Shown: one piece after another, positions 36,631 to 51,374 of the stretch | Numbering within the stretch: position 1 is the stretch's first letter | How the letters are laid out: the number at the start of each line of letters is the position of its first letter | From: Mobula hypostoma | Lineage: Eukaryota | Assembly: GCF_963921235.1 (NCBI RefSeq) | Contig: NC_086108.1 | Location: 15,438,001-15,502,000, forward strand | Direction of reading: 5' to 3' | DNA: 64,000 bases | Notes under the pieces: generated by a model | Databases searched by the model: none | The model's input: only the letters and a program-made list of their open reading frames with translations | What the model was told of the DNA's origin: nothing | Program-made: the position numbers and the translations under genes

Positions 36631-37577
36631 TCCTTCGAATGAAGTTAGTTTGTAATGTACATTTGACAGTATAATTAATATATCACGTGGTTAGACTTTG
36701 AAGATTATATGATGTACATTCACTAATTGTGACACACAGGTGTAACTAGAAAATTGTCCATTTTCATTCCCCCCATGCTGCAGTTATTCAGTGCCATGTT
36801 GAATTATTATTAATTTGTTCCCTGTCAGCAGATGCTGCTTGTCATTCAATGATAGAATCATACAACACATAAGCAGGCCCTTTGGCTCATCGTGTCCAAA
36901 AACATGTCTGTAAGAATGTTCTTCTATTCTTGATCTATACTTGGTCTTTGCAAATGCAATTCAAGTGACTTTCCCCTGCCTCCATTCTCTCAGGAAATGT
37001 TTCCGAGATGTAAACCACCTCTGAGTGAAAAGGTAAATTGTTGTCATATGTACTGAAGAGCAGTGAAAATCTTTGCTTTGCATTCCATCTACAGTGATCA
37101 TTTCATCACACTAGTGCATTGAGGTAGTACAAGGGGAAGGCAATAACAGAATGCAGATTGAAGTGTTACAGTTACAAAGAAACTAAAGTGCAGGCAGACA
37201 AGAAATGCACCGGCCAAAATGAAGTAGATTGTAAGGACAAGAGTCCACTTTACCATACTAGGAGACCATTCAAAAGTGTTATAACAGTGGGGTGGAAGTA
37301 TTGAACTTGCATTTTGAGATGGGCTCTTAACCTCACAGTTGCATCCTCTGATTCTCTCCTAAACTCTTGTCATAGATCTGTTCTCTCCAGGTATACTGTG
37401 GGGAAAACTTTCTCTTCTCTTACTCTTGTAATTTTGTATACCTCTCTCAGCACCCCTCCCCTCCTACCACACTGTTCCACTCCAAGGAAAACAAACCCAG
37501 TCTCTCCAGTCTCTGATTACTGAAAATAAATCATATTCTTTTTATAGTGTGTAGAACTGCACAGCTGTGGCTTAATT

Positions 37578-38563
37578 ATAAGACCATAAGACAAAGGAGC
37601 AGAAGTTGGCCATTCGGCCCATCGAGTCTGCTCTGCCATTTTATCATGAGCTGATCCATTCTCCCATTTAGTCCCACTCCCCTGCCTTCTCACCATAACC
37701 TTTGATGCCCTGGCTACTCAGATACCGATCAATCTCTGCCTTAATACACCCAATGACTTGGCCTCCACTGCTGCCCGTGGCAACAAATTCCATAGATTCA
37801 CCACCCTCTGACTAAAAAAATTCCTTCGCATTTCTGTTCTGAATGGGCGCCCTTCAATCCTTAAGTCATGTCCTCTCGTACTAGACTTCCCCATCATGGG
37901 AAACAACTTTGCCATATCCACTCTGTCCGTTCCTTTCAACATTCGAAATGTTTCTATCAGGTCTCCCCTCATTCTTCTAAACTCCAAGGAATACAGTCCA
38001 AGAGTGGACAAACATTCCTCATATGTTAACCCTCTCATTCCCAGAATCATTCCCGGACCAAAACTGCCCACAGTACTCCAAGTGAGGTCTCACCAGCGCC
38101 TTATAGAGCCTCAACATCACATCCCTGCTCCTATGCTCTATTCCTATAGAAATGTATGCCAACATTGCATTGGCCTTCTTCACTACTGACTCAACCTGGA
38201 GGTTAACTTTAAGGGTATCCTGTACGAGGACTCCCAAGTCCCGTTGCATCTCTGAACTTTGAATTCTTTCCCCATTTAAATAATAGTCTGCCCGTTTATT
38301 TTTTCTGCCAAAGTGCATAACCATACACTTTCCAACATTGTACTTCATTTGCCACTTCTCTGCCCATTCTTCCAATCTATCCAAGTCTCTCTGCAGACTC
38401 TCCGTTTCCTCAGCACTACCAGCCCCTCCACCTATCTTCGTATTGTCAGCAAACTTAGCCGCAAAGCCACCTATTCCATAATCCAAATCGTTGATGTATA
38501 ATGTAAAAAGAAGCGGCCCCAACACGGACCCCTGTGGAACACCACTAGTAACCGGCAGCCAAC
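37578..38563 (-). mobile_element. CR1 3' fragment (same family as 54307-56248) with internal deletion, nested in older CR1/Rex remnants (~36850-37570)
   Basis: ORFs 38019..38525 and 37718..38071; taagaccataagac tail. Confidence 0.95.
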
Positions 38564-39636
38564 CAATAATTATACAATTATTATTGTATAAAGGTGTAGC
38601 ATAACCTTCCTCCTCTTATATTCTGTCTGCTGGCTAATGAACACAAGTATCCTGTGCCACCTTCATATTATCTACCTGTTTCTACCTTTGTTCATACTTG
38701 TTTCTCAATGGTTTAACAGAATTTTTGCCCAGGTCAGTGTAAGCTATTACTTAGTATAAGTCCACCTCCTGTGATGTTCAGCTTGATCATCGGTTTTTAA
38801 ACCCCATAACCACTTTTACAATAATAACTCCCAGATACCCCCTATTTTGCCCAAAATTATCAACATAGACAAAATGAAACTGAATGTTTTACCTGAAGTT
38901 TTCTTAAGTTAATGCTACCAAGGGATGTAGAACCAGGAACAAAGGTTTACCTGCTCAATGATAAAACACTCCCTCCTCCTATCCTTCCTCTACCTGAAAA
39001 AATCAGGTTGGTAGAAGAGGGAAGAAGTACTGTCATTTAACAATGGACAGTAACAAATCAAAACAAGTAGTAACAATGGCACCGAAGAATCTTTGCATCA
39101 GAGCTATAGCAACTTGTGTTCAATCCTACTGCTTTGTGGAATTTGATTTATCTTCATGTGACTGTGGGTTTCCCCCAATTTTTCTGGTTTCAGAATTGTA
39201 TGACACAGAATCAGCTCTTTTCACACCATGTCCACACCCACACAATGTAGGCTACTATGTCTTGGCAATCCAAGTGCTCTGGCTTCCTCCCATATCCCAA
39301 GGATGTGGAAGTTGTGGGTTAGTTAGCTGCCATAAATCACCCCTACTGTATTGTGGTAGAGTATGGGGATGGGAGTTTGGCTGGGAGTGTGGTGGTGATT
39401 GGAATGTGAGGAGGAAAGATTGCAGGAAAAGTCACTGAGGAATAAGATTGTTCTGTGAACTAGAATTGACACCAAGTTGAAATTGCTTTCTATGCCCTAA
39501 GAAAATTGTGAAATGTATTAATTAATGTTCGAGGGTCACATAGTCTTGCACACTAATAACTGGGATGAGACCACTGGATCTATCATTTAGAAACCTTAGC
39601 AAAAGAAATTGCAATGAAACTTCCAACCAATTGTTT

Positions 39637-39950
39637 GGGCAACATGTGGTGCAGCAGACAGTGCTGCTGCCTGGCAGCTCCAGCAATACTGGTTCACTCC
39701 TAACCTCCAGTGCTGTCTGTGTGGAGTTTGTACATTATCCCTGCGGCTGCCCCAGCTTCTCTGATTTCCTCTCTCATTCAAAGATGTGCTAGTTGGTAAA
39801 CAAATTGTGTATTGCCTTTAATGTAGGTGCGTGTTTGATTCTGGGGGGGGATGGGCAGGGAGAAGAGAATAGGTCATAGGGAAATGTGAGGGAATTGGAT
39901 TGATCGGATTCCTACAAATTCCTAAGAATAGATTAAACAGCCTATCCTGT
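39637..39950 (+). mobile_element. Old V-SINE / HE1-like SINE
   Basis: tRNA-like head (tggtgcagc..ggttcactcc) then tgctgtctgtgtggagtttg..tttcctc V-domain-like core. Confidence 0.7.
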
Positions 39951-41859
39951 TTTATAAGAAAATGGGAAATAGTTTTTAGCTGCATTCTCAAACAGGAGAA
40001 TGTTTTAATTTATAGTATTCACCCCCTGCCAATGGGCTACCTGTTTTTATGGATGTGAAGGCACGGGAGAGGCTAGAGGAAGTGAAATGAGGTAGCTGGT
40101 ATTGGTTTATTGTCATGTGTACTGAAATACAGTTAAAACAGTTTGTATGCCATACATGTAGAAAAAAGAGAAAGAAAATGCAAAATATAGTGTTGCAGCA
40201 AGAGAGAAAGCACAGTGCCAGTAAACAGAATATGCAAAGGCCATGATGAACTAAATTGGCAGATTAAAAGTTATCAAGTCTGATAACAGCAGGTCTGGAG
40301 ATCAGTTGTTCTTGGTAAATGGAAGATTACTAGTCCTCTAAGTAGATTTAAGAGAACATTGTTAGTAATTCTGATGCTTACAATTTGTCCCTTCCCCTTG
40401 AATAAATGTGTGGTGCAGCACAGGCAGTGATGGTATGAGCAATCCTGATTTGTAACCGCACACCTCTCTTTCTCCCAAGTCTCTGACTGAATGGGGGCAA
40501 GAAGAGAAACTTCCAAATGTTTAATTTAAATGATGCACCCACCTTTCTAAAGAGGTGTTTTAGGGGTTTGATGACCCCATTTTCTTGTGAAGTTTGCTAG
40601 AAACTAAACTCTTTGAGACTGAATGGCGCCATTTTGAACCAATACTTAATTTAAGTTGCTGTCACTCGTATTCCCTAGACCAAAGAAACCTTGTAGCTGA
40701 AGGACAGCTAGGGGAGCATATCCATGCTGTAGCTTTATTGCACCTTTGAAGGAGCAGAGGGAACAAGCCCCTTAAAATCAATTGTAAACTGCCTCATATC
40801 TCAAATGGTGTCTTTCAGCAACACAACATACCTCTCTCCTTCAATTCCTCACAGAACGTCATAGCCATTTTGTCCCTTACTGTGCCCATGCCTCTACATT
40901 AGCAATTCATTAGACTGATGGTGGTGGAAAACAGAATTAAAAATCACCCAGAATGTTGTCTCCAGTGAGCAGGAAATAAGTGAAAGTAAAAAAATTAAGG
41001 AAATGAAAAAGAGAAATAGAAATGGGTGTATAAAAAGGATTACTAATGATGGTATGATGACATTGCAGATAGGAGCTACAGATAAATGTGTATTGAATAG
41101 TTCTGCATCATTAATCAGGCATATTTAATCAGAGGGAAGCTGGCTGATAATATATCATAGGAAATTAAAATTTGATAGCTTTGAATATACTGTATGAATG
41201 AAATTGGGCCAAAGTATTGCAGCAAAGTATTGATTTGGCAGCTGAAATTAAAGCTGCTTGGAAGGATGGGGTTAATTAAAACAGTTTGTTTCATGATTTC
41301 ATTGAGTTTCCAAGTCACTCCTGAATTGGTTTAAAAAATGGTAAATGGTTTCTTATTAAGTGTTGGATTCAAACACAAGCACGTCACCTATAAATTTTCT
41401 GACAATGCAAGAAACATAGGCAGGCATATTACCCTTTATTTGGGGAAAGAAGAATCTGCTTTTCAGACCTAGTTAGATATGGAACTCATGCAATTGCTGT
41501 ATTGGTATTCTCTTAAGAGAATGGCTTAATCATGGGCTCCCTGATTCACATGTAGCCATGAATTGTCTGCCAAAAACACACTCTCAGTTGTTCATTATCC
41601 AAATGCAGAATATTACAGATGCTAGAATTAAAAAAAATATATAATGACAGATCAGAAGCAGGGTTCTCGCCCAGTTTGGTGACCTTGCATTGGAAGAAGT
41701 TAGAGAAGAAAACAGGTAAAGCGAGCAATGAGATGAGACAAGTGGGAAGTGAATAATGAAGGTAGAAGGCAGGAGATATTATGTGACAGAAGCGATGGCA
41801 GTGTCAGGTGAAAGCAAGCAGCTGCAGCAGCTGGCAGAAAGGGGGCTGTGGCTCAGAGC

Positions 41860-42395
41860 AGAATCAGAATCAGGTTTATTATCACCAGCATGTGTTGTGA
41901 AATTTGTTAACTTAGCAGCAGCAGTTCAATGCAATACATAATACAGAAGAAAAAAATAAAATAATAACGATAATAAATAAGTAAATCAATGACAGTATAC
42001 TTATATTGAATAGGTTAAAAGCTGTGCAAAAAAACAGAAATAATACAGACTAAAAAAGTGAGGTAGTGTTCAAGGGTTTAGAAATTGGATGGCAGAGGCG
42101 AAGAAGCTGTTCCTGTATCACTGAATGTGTGCCTTCAGGCTTCTGTACCTCCTACCTGATGGTAGCAGTGAGAAAAGGGCATGCCCTGGGTACTGGAGGT
42201 CCTTAATAATGGACACTGCCTTTCTGAGACACCGCTCCTTGAAGATATCATGGGTACTCTGTAGGCTAGTACCCAAGATGGAGCTGACTAAACTTACAAC
42301 CCTCTGCAGCTTCTTCTGGTCCTGTACAGTAGGCCCCCCTGGTATCTGGTACAGACAATGATGTAGCCTGTCAGAATGCTGTCCATGGTTCACCT
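41860..42395 (-). mobile_element. Rex/Babar LINE 3' fragment
   Basis: ORF 42118..42393 (SIIKD..PGHALFSLLPSGRRYRSLKAH); (cagaat)n tail. Confidence 0.9.
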
Positions 42396-42704
42396 GTAAC
42401 TGTATGCTGAATTGGCTGATGTTCGATCTAGTGGGCTATAACGTACTAAGTCAAAAGCTGGGCTGTTGTTCTCACAAATGTGTGCAGAGGTCAAAGAGGC
42501 ATAGAAAACCACAGTACAGAAATAGGCCCTTTGGCCCATCTAGTCCATGCCAAAATATTATTCTGACTAGTCCCATTGACCTGTACCGGGACGAAAACCT
42601 TCCATACCCCTCCTATCCAAATTTCTCTAAAGTGTTGAAGTTGAACTCCCATTCACCACTTCTGCTGGCAGCTCATTTCACACTCTCTTCACCCGCTGAG
42701 TGAA

Positions 42705-44660
42705 GAGGTTCAAAATAAAATGTATTATCAAAGTACATGTATATCACCATATACAACCCTGAGGTTCATTTTCTTGCAGATGTACACAATAAATCCAATA
42801 TTCATAATAGAATCAATGAAAGACCACACCAACAGCTGTTGTGCAAAAGACAACAAACTGTGCAAATACAAAGGAAATGATAATTAAAAAATAAGCAATA
42901 AATATTGAAAACATGACATGAAGAGTCCTTGAAAATGAGTCCATAGGATGGGGGAACAGTTCAGTGATGGGGCAAAAGGAATTGAGTGAAGTTATTCCCT
43001 TTGGTTCAATAGCCTGATAGTTGAGGAGCAATAACTGTTCCTGAACCAGTGGTGTGAGTCCTGAGGCTCTTATACCTTCTTCCTGATTGCAGCAGCGAGA
43101 AGAGAAGATGATCTGGGTAGTGGGGGTCCCTGATGGTTGGTGCTGTTTTTTATGCGACATTTTCGTGTAGATGTCTTCAATACTAGGGAGGGTTTTACCC
43201 ATGATGGCCTGGGCTGTATCCACTACTTTTTGTAGGATTTTCTGTTCAAGGGTGTTGGTGTTTCCGTACAAGGCTGTGATACAGCCAGCCAATATACTTT
43301 CCACCATGCATCTATAGAAGCTTGTCAGAGTTTTAGATGTCATGCAGAATCTTCACAAGCTCTTAAGGAAGTAGAGGCACTGTCATGCTTTCTTTGTAAT
43401 TGCACTTACATGCTGGGCCCAGGACAGGTCTTCTGAAATGATAACACCTCTGACACCCCCCCCCCCCCCCAGTGAAGACTGGCTCGCGGACCTCTGATTT
43501 CCTCCTCCTGAAGTTAATAATCAGCTCTTTAGTCTTGCAGACATTGAGTGAGGGGTTGTTGTTCTGGCACCACTCAGTCAGATTTTCAGGCTCCCTCCTA
43601 TATTCTGATTTGTCACTATCTTTAATTCAACTTATGATAATAGTGTCATCAGCAAACTTGAATATGACCTTGGTGCTGTGCTTGGCCTCATAGTCATAAG
43701 TACAAAGTGAGTAAAGCCTTGTGGTTTATCTGTGCTGATGGAGATTGTGGAGGAGATATTGTGCTAATCTGAAATGACTGGGGTTTGCAAGTGAGGAAAT
43801 CGAGGATCCAATTGCACAAGGCAGTATTAAAGCCAAGGTCTTGAAGCTTATTGATTAGATTTGGAGGGGTGATAGTATTGAATGTTGAGTTGTAGTTGAT
43901 AAAGAGCAAGCTGATGTATGCACCTTTGCTGACCAGATGTTCTAGGGTTGAGTAAAGAGCCATTTAAATGGCATCTGTTTTGGACCTGTTGTGCTGGTAA
44001 GCAAACTGGAACAGATCCAAGTTTCTTCTCAGTCAGGAGTTAATATATTTCATCACCACTCTCTCAAAGCACTTCATCAGTATGGATCTAAGTGCTACTA
44101 GATGATAGTCATTGAGTTAGGTTACCAGATTCTGCTTGGGTACCGGTATAATTGAAGCCTGTTTGAAGCAGATGGGTACTTCAGTCTTCGAAGCGAGAGG
44201 CACAAGATCTCAGAGAACACTCGAGCCAGTGGATCAGTACAGATCTTTAGTACTTTGCCAGGTACTCTACCTGGGCTAGGTGCTTTCTGTGGGTTCACCC
44301 TCCTGAAGAATACTGTCATTTTGGCCTCAGAGATTGAAATCACAGGATCATTGGGAGCTGTAGGAATTTGTGATGGTTCCTCTATGTTTTTACGATCAAA
44401 GCAAACATAGAAGGAATTGAGCTCATCTGGATGCCAAGCCCTGTTGTCACCTGCCCTGCCATAGCTGTTGAACATCCTTCATTGCTTCAAGTTTAGTCTG
44501 GAATTGCCCGTGAGATGGCTTTCTGGAGGTCATATCTCTTATAGCTTTCTTGGTTGCCAAACTTGAATGCCTCTGATCTGGCCTTCAGCAGATTGTGGAT
44601 CTCATGGTTCATCCAGGGCTTCTGGTTCGGGAAGACTGAATGATTTTGTGGGGAAATGCT
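42705..44660 (-). mobile_element. Rex/Babar LINE RT remnant nested in a CR1 3' fragment (42500-42705 + 44670-45230)
   Basis: ORFs 44122..44475, 43694..43963 and 42813..43343; CR1 ORF 44660..44884 on the other side. Confidence 0.88.
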
Positions 44661-46914
44661 CATCTATGACTGTTCCACCTCATGTTCCCCTTAAACATTT
44701 CACCTTTCACCCTTAACCCATGACCTCTGGTTCTAGTCTCACCCAACCTCAGTGGAAAAAGCCTGCTTTCATTTACCCTATCTATACCCCACCTAATTTT
44801 GAATACCTCTATCAAATCTCCCGTCGTTCTCCTACGCTCCAGGAAATAAAATTGTAACCTATTCAGCCTTTCCCTATAACTCAAGTCCTGGCAACATGCT
44901 TATAAATTTTCTCTGCACCCTTTCAATCTTTTGATATCTTTCTTGTCGGTAAGTGATTGGAGCTGCACACAATTAAGTATCACCAATGCTTTATATAGCT
45001 TCAACATAACATCCTGACCCCAGTAGTTAGTACTTTGATTTAGGAAGGTTAATGTACCTGAAGCTTTCTTTATGACCCTATCCCCTGTGATGCCACTTTC
45101 AAGGAATTATGGATGTGTATTCCCGGATCCCTCTGTTCTTCTGCATTCCTCAGTGCCCTACTTTTCACTGTGTAAGTCCCACTCTGGTTGTCATCCCAAG
45201 TTGCAACTTGTCTGCATTAAATTCCATGTGGTCTTTGATAAACTCCTGTCTTTACACCTCCATAACAGTAAAGGCCTGAAAAATAATTCCCTGGTTCCTT
45301 CTGGTGACTAGTCACACAAGTGAATTGAGAAAAACAGAGGGTATTGAATTGGGACTGAGGTGAACAGATGGTAGAGTGCATTTCCTTTGTAAGGAAACAA
45401 ATTGAAGAGTTAATCTTCCTTGTTTATTTTCATTAGCTCAGTCCACCTCTTCACAAAGCACCCTCTCCATTTTTCATTGTAGGATTAGCAATGAAAGGAA
45501 AAAGCTCGTCTGTTTCACTGCCTGAAATTGTATTTGCAGGATGTTACTGTGAAATGCCCAGGTGCTAGGGAACATAACCCAGATGCTTGTCAATGGGCCT
45601 CATTTGAGTATGAAGGACCTTGTGTAGAACCAAGCAAAGAAGCTGTCCTTGACATCTCAGTTTGCAGAAAGAAAAGTGATACATATTCCAAATGCATGCA
45701 TGTAATTGCAACTGTTTTGTAGACTGATTTCAGTATTTGTGAAACTAGCCCAATAGCTGTGCATTTGTTTCATCTGGGGTTAAATTGGACATATCCAGTA
45801 TAACTTCACTTGGAATAAATGGACAGGCAGTGAAAATCTTGTCAAGTTTCTGCACTAAGAATAGAGCTTAAGATAACGGGAACAGTTATTTGTGGAGTTT
45901 CGTGACTGAACTAGAAAGCAAGTGGAGCCTGTCAGGATTTTCTGTGAAGCTTGAGATCATGTGGGTTATTAGGCAATTGGTTAAGGCCAATAAAAAGAAG
46001 TTAGATTTAAACATTGTGTGAGTGGACAGAGTTAGAATGGGGAACTGAGGCTTTAGTGAGAAGAAGCAGAGGATGGGCTGAAGTTTCTGTAAAAATTTCC
46101 CTTCCTTTATTAGTATTTAGCTGGGGTAGTGAATTTGGATCCCAGGTCAATGAGGTGCTCCTGCAGTCTCCTTGATTGCTACATCTGTGAGGAGTGCATC
46201 TGGGTGCAGCTCCTTACAGACTGTTTTATTGAACTGGAGTTGGATGATTTTCAGCTCATTCGTGAGAATGAGGAGGTTTTAGATAGGACCTACAAGAAAA
46301 TTGGCACACTAAGTTACAGAGGGGTAGCTGAGTGACTGTCAGGAGAGGGAAAGGGAACAAGTTGACAGTGCTGTGTACCCCTTTGGCTGTGCCCCTCAAT
46401 GCAAGTATACCACTTTGGATATTGTTGGGAAGGGGTGACCTATCAGGGGAAAGCTGTAGCAGCCAGGTCTCTAGCACTGAGTCAGGCTCTGTGGTTCAGA
46501 AGCGAAGGAAGGAAAAGAGGGAAGTGGTGGTGATAGGGGATTCATAGTTAGGGGAGCAGACAGGAGATCCTGTGGGCGTGAAAGAGATACCCAGATGGTA
46601 TGTTGCCTCCCAGGTGCCAGTGGCAGGGCCAGGGACATCTCAGATGAGGTCCATAACATTCTTAAGGGGGAGGGTGAGCAGCCAGAAGTTGTGGTTAATA
46701 TTGGTCGCAACAACATTGGTTAGAAAATGTATGAGGACTTGAAGAAAGACGATAGGGAACTTGGTAGAAATCAGAAAATCAGAGACGTCAGTCGTCTCTG
46801 AATCGCTGACTATGCAATGTGCCAGTGAGGGTAAGAATAGGATTATTTGGCAGCTGAATGCGTGACTGAAGATTTGGTGCAGGAGGCACAGATTCAGAGC
46901 TTTGGGTCATTGTG

Positions 46915-47207
46915 ACCTCCATGGTAGCGTAGTGGTTAGCGCGATCTTATTATGGCTCGGGCATCAGAGTTCGGAGTTCATATCTGATGTCGTCAGTAAG
47001 GAGTTTACACATCCTCTTTGTGAATGCATGAATTTCCTCCAGGTGCTTTGATTTCCTCCCACGTTCTAAATCGATACCGGTTAGTAGGTTATTTGGTCAT
47101 TGTAAATTGTCTCATGATTTAGCTAGGATTAAATCAGTAGGCTGCTGGTAGCATAGCTCAAAGGGCTGAGGGGCCCTATTCTGGGCTGTATCTCTAAATA
47201 AATATAT
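46915..47207 (+). mobile_element. V-SINE-like element
   Basis: tagcgtagtggttagcgcg A box, ggagttca B-box-like, tttcctccaggtgct..tttcctcccac core, ctgtatctctaaataaata tail. Confidence 0.8.
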
Positions 47208-47340
47208 TTAGAGGATGTAAAGGTAGACATGGTGTGTAGGCTGACTGTGAGAAAGAATTAAGCAATGAATAAGTCAAAATTGCAGTCATTTGGGTGGGTT
47301 GAAGTATGTGTATTTTAAAGCAAAAAGTGTCAGGAACAAG

Positions 47341-47953
47341 TGTTAGCATTCATTTCAAGAGCTCTAGAATACAAGAGCAAGGATGTGATGCTGAGGCTTT
47401 ATAAGGCACTGGTGAGGCCTCATCTTGCGTATTGTGCCCCTCATCTTAGAAAAGATATGCTGGCATTGGAGAGGGTCCAGAGGAGGTACACAAGGATGAT
47501 TCCAGGAATGAAAGGGTTATCATACAAGGAACGTTTGATGGCTCTGGGTCTGTTCTGGCTGGAATTCAGAAGGATGAGGGGGGATCTCATTGAAACCTTT
47601 CAAATGTTGAAAGACCTAGACAGAGTAGATGTGGAAAGGATGTTTCCTATGGTAGGAGAGTCTAGGACAAGAGGGCACAGCCTCAGGATAGAGGGGTGCC
47701 CTTTCAAAACAGAGATGTGGAGAGATTTCTTTAGCCAGAGGGTGGTGAATTTGTGGAACATTGCCACATGCAGCTGTAGGGGCCAGGTTATTGGGTGTAT
47801 TTAAGGCAGAGATTGATAGGTTCTTGATTGGACCTGGCATGAAGGCCGGGAACTGGGGTTGAAGAGGAGATTTAAAAAAAAGCATCAGCCATGATTGGTG
47901 GAGCAGACTCAATGGGCCAGAAGGCCTAATTCTGCTTCTATGTCTTATGGTCT
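47341..47953 (+). mobile_element. Younger CR1 3' fragment nested in the old CR1
   Basis: ORF 47340..47804; tgtcttatggtct tail; aagtgt on both flanks. Confidence 0.92.
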
Positions 47954-50900
47954 AAGTGTGATAAACTTAGAGCATGGGTCAGTACATGGAACTATAATGT
48001 TGTGGCCTTACAGAGACTTAGCTGTTACAAGGGCAGGAGTGGCTGCTGAATGTTCTGGGGTTTAGATGTTTCAAAAGGGACAAGGAGGGAGGTAAAATAA
48101 GTGGGAGAGTGGCATTGCTGATCGGGGATAGTATCACAGCTGCGGAAAGGGGAAGACGTCGTGGAGCGATCGTTAACTCATTCCATGTTGGTAGAAATCA
48201 GAATTAGAAAGGTAGCAATCACTCTATTGTGAGTATTCTATAGACCCCCTAATATTGATTGGTACCTCCTTAGTACAAAGATATAGATTGGGCCAAATTT
48301 ATTATGTGTGTCCAGGAAGGATTCCTGACAGAATATGTAGACAGGTTGACCAGGGGAGAAGCCATACTGGAACTGGTACTAGACAATTAACCTGATTAGG
48401 TGACAGATCTCTCAGTGGGTCAGTATTTTGGGCACAGTGACCGCAACTCCCTGACCTTTACCATATCCTTTAACAGGGAAAGGAGCAGTTGGTGTGGGAA
48501 AATACAGTATTTAAATTGAGAGGGCAAATTATAATATTGTTTGGCAAGAACTTGGGAGCATAGATTGTAAACAATGTACTCTGAAAAAAGGCACATGGAA
48601 ATGTGGAGCTTGTTTAAGGACCACTTGCATGGTCCTTAAACAAGCTCCACATTTCTTATTGAAGCAAGCAAGAATGGTAGGGTGAGGGAACCATGGATGA
48701 TCAGAGATGTGGAACATCTAGTCGAGAAAGAAACTTACTTAAGGTTTAGGAAGCAAGGATCAGACAGGGCTTTAGAGAGTTACAGGTAGCATGGAAGAAA
48801 CTTAAGGATGGATAGGAGAGCTAGACGGGACATACAAGGGCCTTAACGAGTAGGTTAAGAAAAACCCCAAGGCATTGTAAACATACATGAACAGGAGGAT
48901 AACTAGAATGAGGGTAGGACCAATCAGAGATAAAAGGGGAAACGTACCTGGAGTTGGAGGAGGTAGTGGAAGTCCTTTAGTGAATACTTAGCTTCAGTAT
49001 TCACCAGTGAGAGGGACCTTATCGAATGTGGGGACAGTGTAAAACAGGCTGATATGCTGGAACATATCAATGTTAAGAAAGGTGATGTGCTGAAACTTTT
49101 GAAAAACACTGGGATAGGTAAGTCGGTTGGGCTAGAAGGGATATACCCAGGTTGCCACAGGAAGAGATTGCTGCAACTCTGGTGATAATCTTTGCATCTT
49201 CACTGGTCACAGGAGTGGTATCAGATGATTGCAGGGTAGCAACTATTACTCCTTTTCTGAAGAAAAATAATAGGTATAACTTTTGGCAATTATGGACCAG
49301 TGAGCCAGGCAACAGTGGTGGCAAACTACTGGAGAGAATTCTTAGAGACAGGATTTACTAGCATTTGGAGAAGCACAGTCTGATAGGGGTAGTCAGTAAG
49401 GATTTGTGAGGGGTAGGTTGAAGAAGTGACACACAAATTGCTGAAGGTAGAGCAGTGGATGTTGCGTATATGGATTTTAGTAAGGCATTTAACAAGGTTC
49501 CTCATGGTACACTCAGTCAGAAAGTCAGGAAGCATGACATCTAGGGAAATATGACTGCGTGGATTCAGCATCAGCTTGCCAACAGAAGGCACAAGGTGGT
49601 ATTAGATGGACGTATTCTGCCTGGAGGTTAGTGGTAAGGGAGTTATTGGGAGAATATCTAGGGATAGGATGTATGTTCATTTGGAAAGGCATGGCCTGCT
49701 TAGGGACAGTCAATTTGGCTGTATAGGTCAGGTTTCATCTTACAAATAACTGAGTTTCTTTTGAGGAGTTGATAAAGGTGCTTAATTATGGCCATTGATA
49801 TTATGTGTATAGACATTAGCAAAGTATTTGATAAGATTCTTCATGGTAGGTTGATTCAGAAGATAAAGATAGGATCCAAGGTGAATTGTCAATTGTAAGT
49901 TTGGATTTGGAACTGGATTGTCATAGAATTTACAGAGTAAGGGTGGAAGGCTGTTACTCTGACTAGAGGTCCATGACCAGTGGTGTTCCATAAAGGATCA
50001 GTGTTGTGACCTCTATTGTTTATGATATATGTCAATGATTAGGATGAAAATGTAGATGGGTGGATTAAAGTTTGAGGATGATACCAAGATTGGTGGATTC
50101 GTGGACAGTGTACAAGATTATCAAGGAATGTGGTGGGATATAGATCCATTACAGATACGAGTAGAGAAGTGGCAGATGGAGTTTAATATGGGCAAGTGTG
50201 AGATGTGGCACTTTGGGAGGTCAAATGAAAGGAGAAAGTATACAGCTAATGGTAGACTGCTTAGTACAGAGGGATCTTGGGGTCTAGGTCTACAGTTCGC
50301 TGAAGCTGCAAGGTAGTAAAGAAAGCATCTGGCATGCTTGCCTCCTTTGGTTGGAGTGTTGAGTATAAGAGTAAAGAAGTCATGTTGCAGCTGTATAAAA
50401 CTTTAGTTAGACCACATTTGAAACATTGTATGCAGTTCTAGTTGCCTCATTTATAAGAAGGATGTGGAGATTGTGGAAATGGTCCAGTACCAGTTTACCA
50501 GGAGGCTGTTTGGATGAGAGAGCATGAGGTACAACAAAGGTTTGGATAAACTTGGGTTATTCTCCCTGGAGTTTTGGAGGCTGAGGGATGAACTGATAGA
50601 GGTTTTAAAAATTATGAGATGCAGAGATAGAGTAGTTAGTGAGAATTTCTTTCCCAGGGTAGAAAATCAAAGCACTAGAGAACATATTTCCGAGGTTAAA
50701 GGCAATGTGACTGGCAAGTGTTTTTTTACGCAGAGTAGCAGGTGCCTGGATGGGTTACCGGGGGAAGTAGTGGAAGCAGGCTATTTGGTTGAGTGAGACT
50801 TTTAGATAGATACATGAATACAAAGGTAACCGTAGGATATGGATGATACACGGGGTGGGGGGGGGGCATTTAACATAAATTGACGTCAAGATTGGCACAA

Positions 50901-51374
50901 CACCATGGACTGAATACACTGTCCAGTGCAGTACTGTTCTATGTAATTACCGTTTGCCAAGAGAATGCAGAGGTCTATTACAGAATTCTCTCATCTTACA
51001 TATACTAAATCCGTATTGGGAACTGACCCTTCAATGGGGTAGGTTCAGCCGGTCTCCTGAGAATTGGGAACCAGGTGAAGTTTGTGTCGTCCCTTGGAGT
51101 TCAAGGGACAGTAGTGCGATAACTGTGCTGGAAACTGGAATACTGGAACTGGGGCAGGAATACTCAGGTAAATCTAACAATAGGCATGGGCATTGGGATA
51201 GAAGATGTGCTTCATTTAGTTGCAATAGCTTGCACCCAGAAGGTATTTAACTGCTTCCCATTGATGCTTTGGCCTTTTGTTGACCCTGGATTTTCAAAAT
51301 CAGATAGAAAGAGACCATTCATTAAGCCTGGTGAACTATTTTATGAACTTAGATGCTTTTGTGTGATGTCAGCG

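Larger units (their letters stand above)
46000..50940 (+). mobile_element. Old, heavily decayed near-full-length CR1 (ORF1 + ORF2), probably two fused copies
   Basis: ICEEC..QLL...ELELD, VVIGDS, GKLLERILRDRIY, KFEDDTKIGG and LGLFSLE..RLR.ELIEV; many stops. Confidence 0.88.

Noticed and set aside
40423..40489. Possible C/D-box snoRNA (cag-TGATGG...CTGA...CTGA-ctg)
   Set aside because: Box C is imperfect, the terminal stem is only 3 bp, and I recognise no rRNA or snRNA guide; such motifs arise by chance.
45540..45722. Possible extra exon after ttgcag| (DVTVKCPG...)
   Set aside because: No recognisable homology and no convincing phase-1-compatible donor; the two rabgap1l exons already join in frame.
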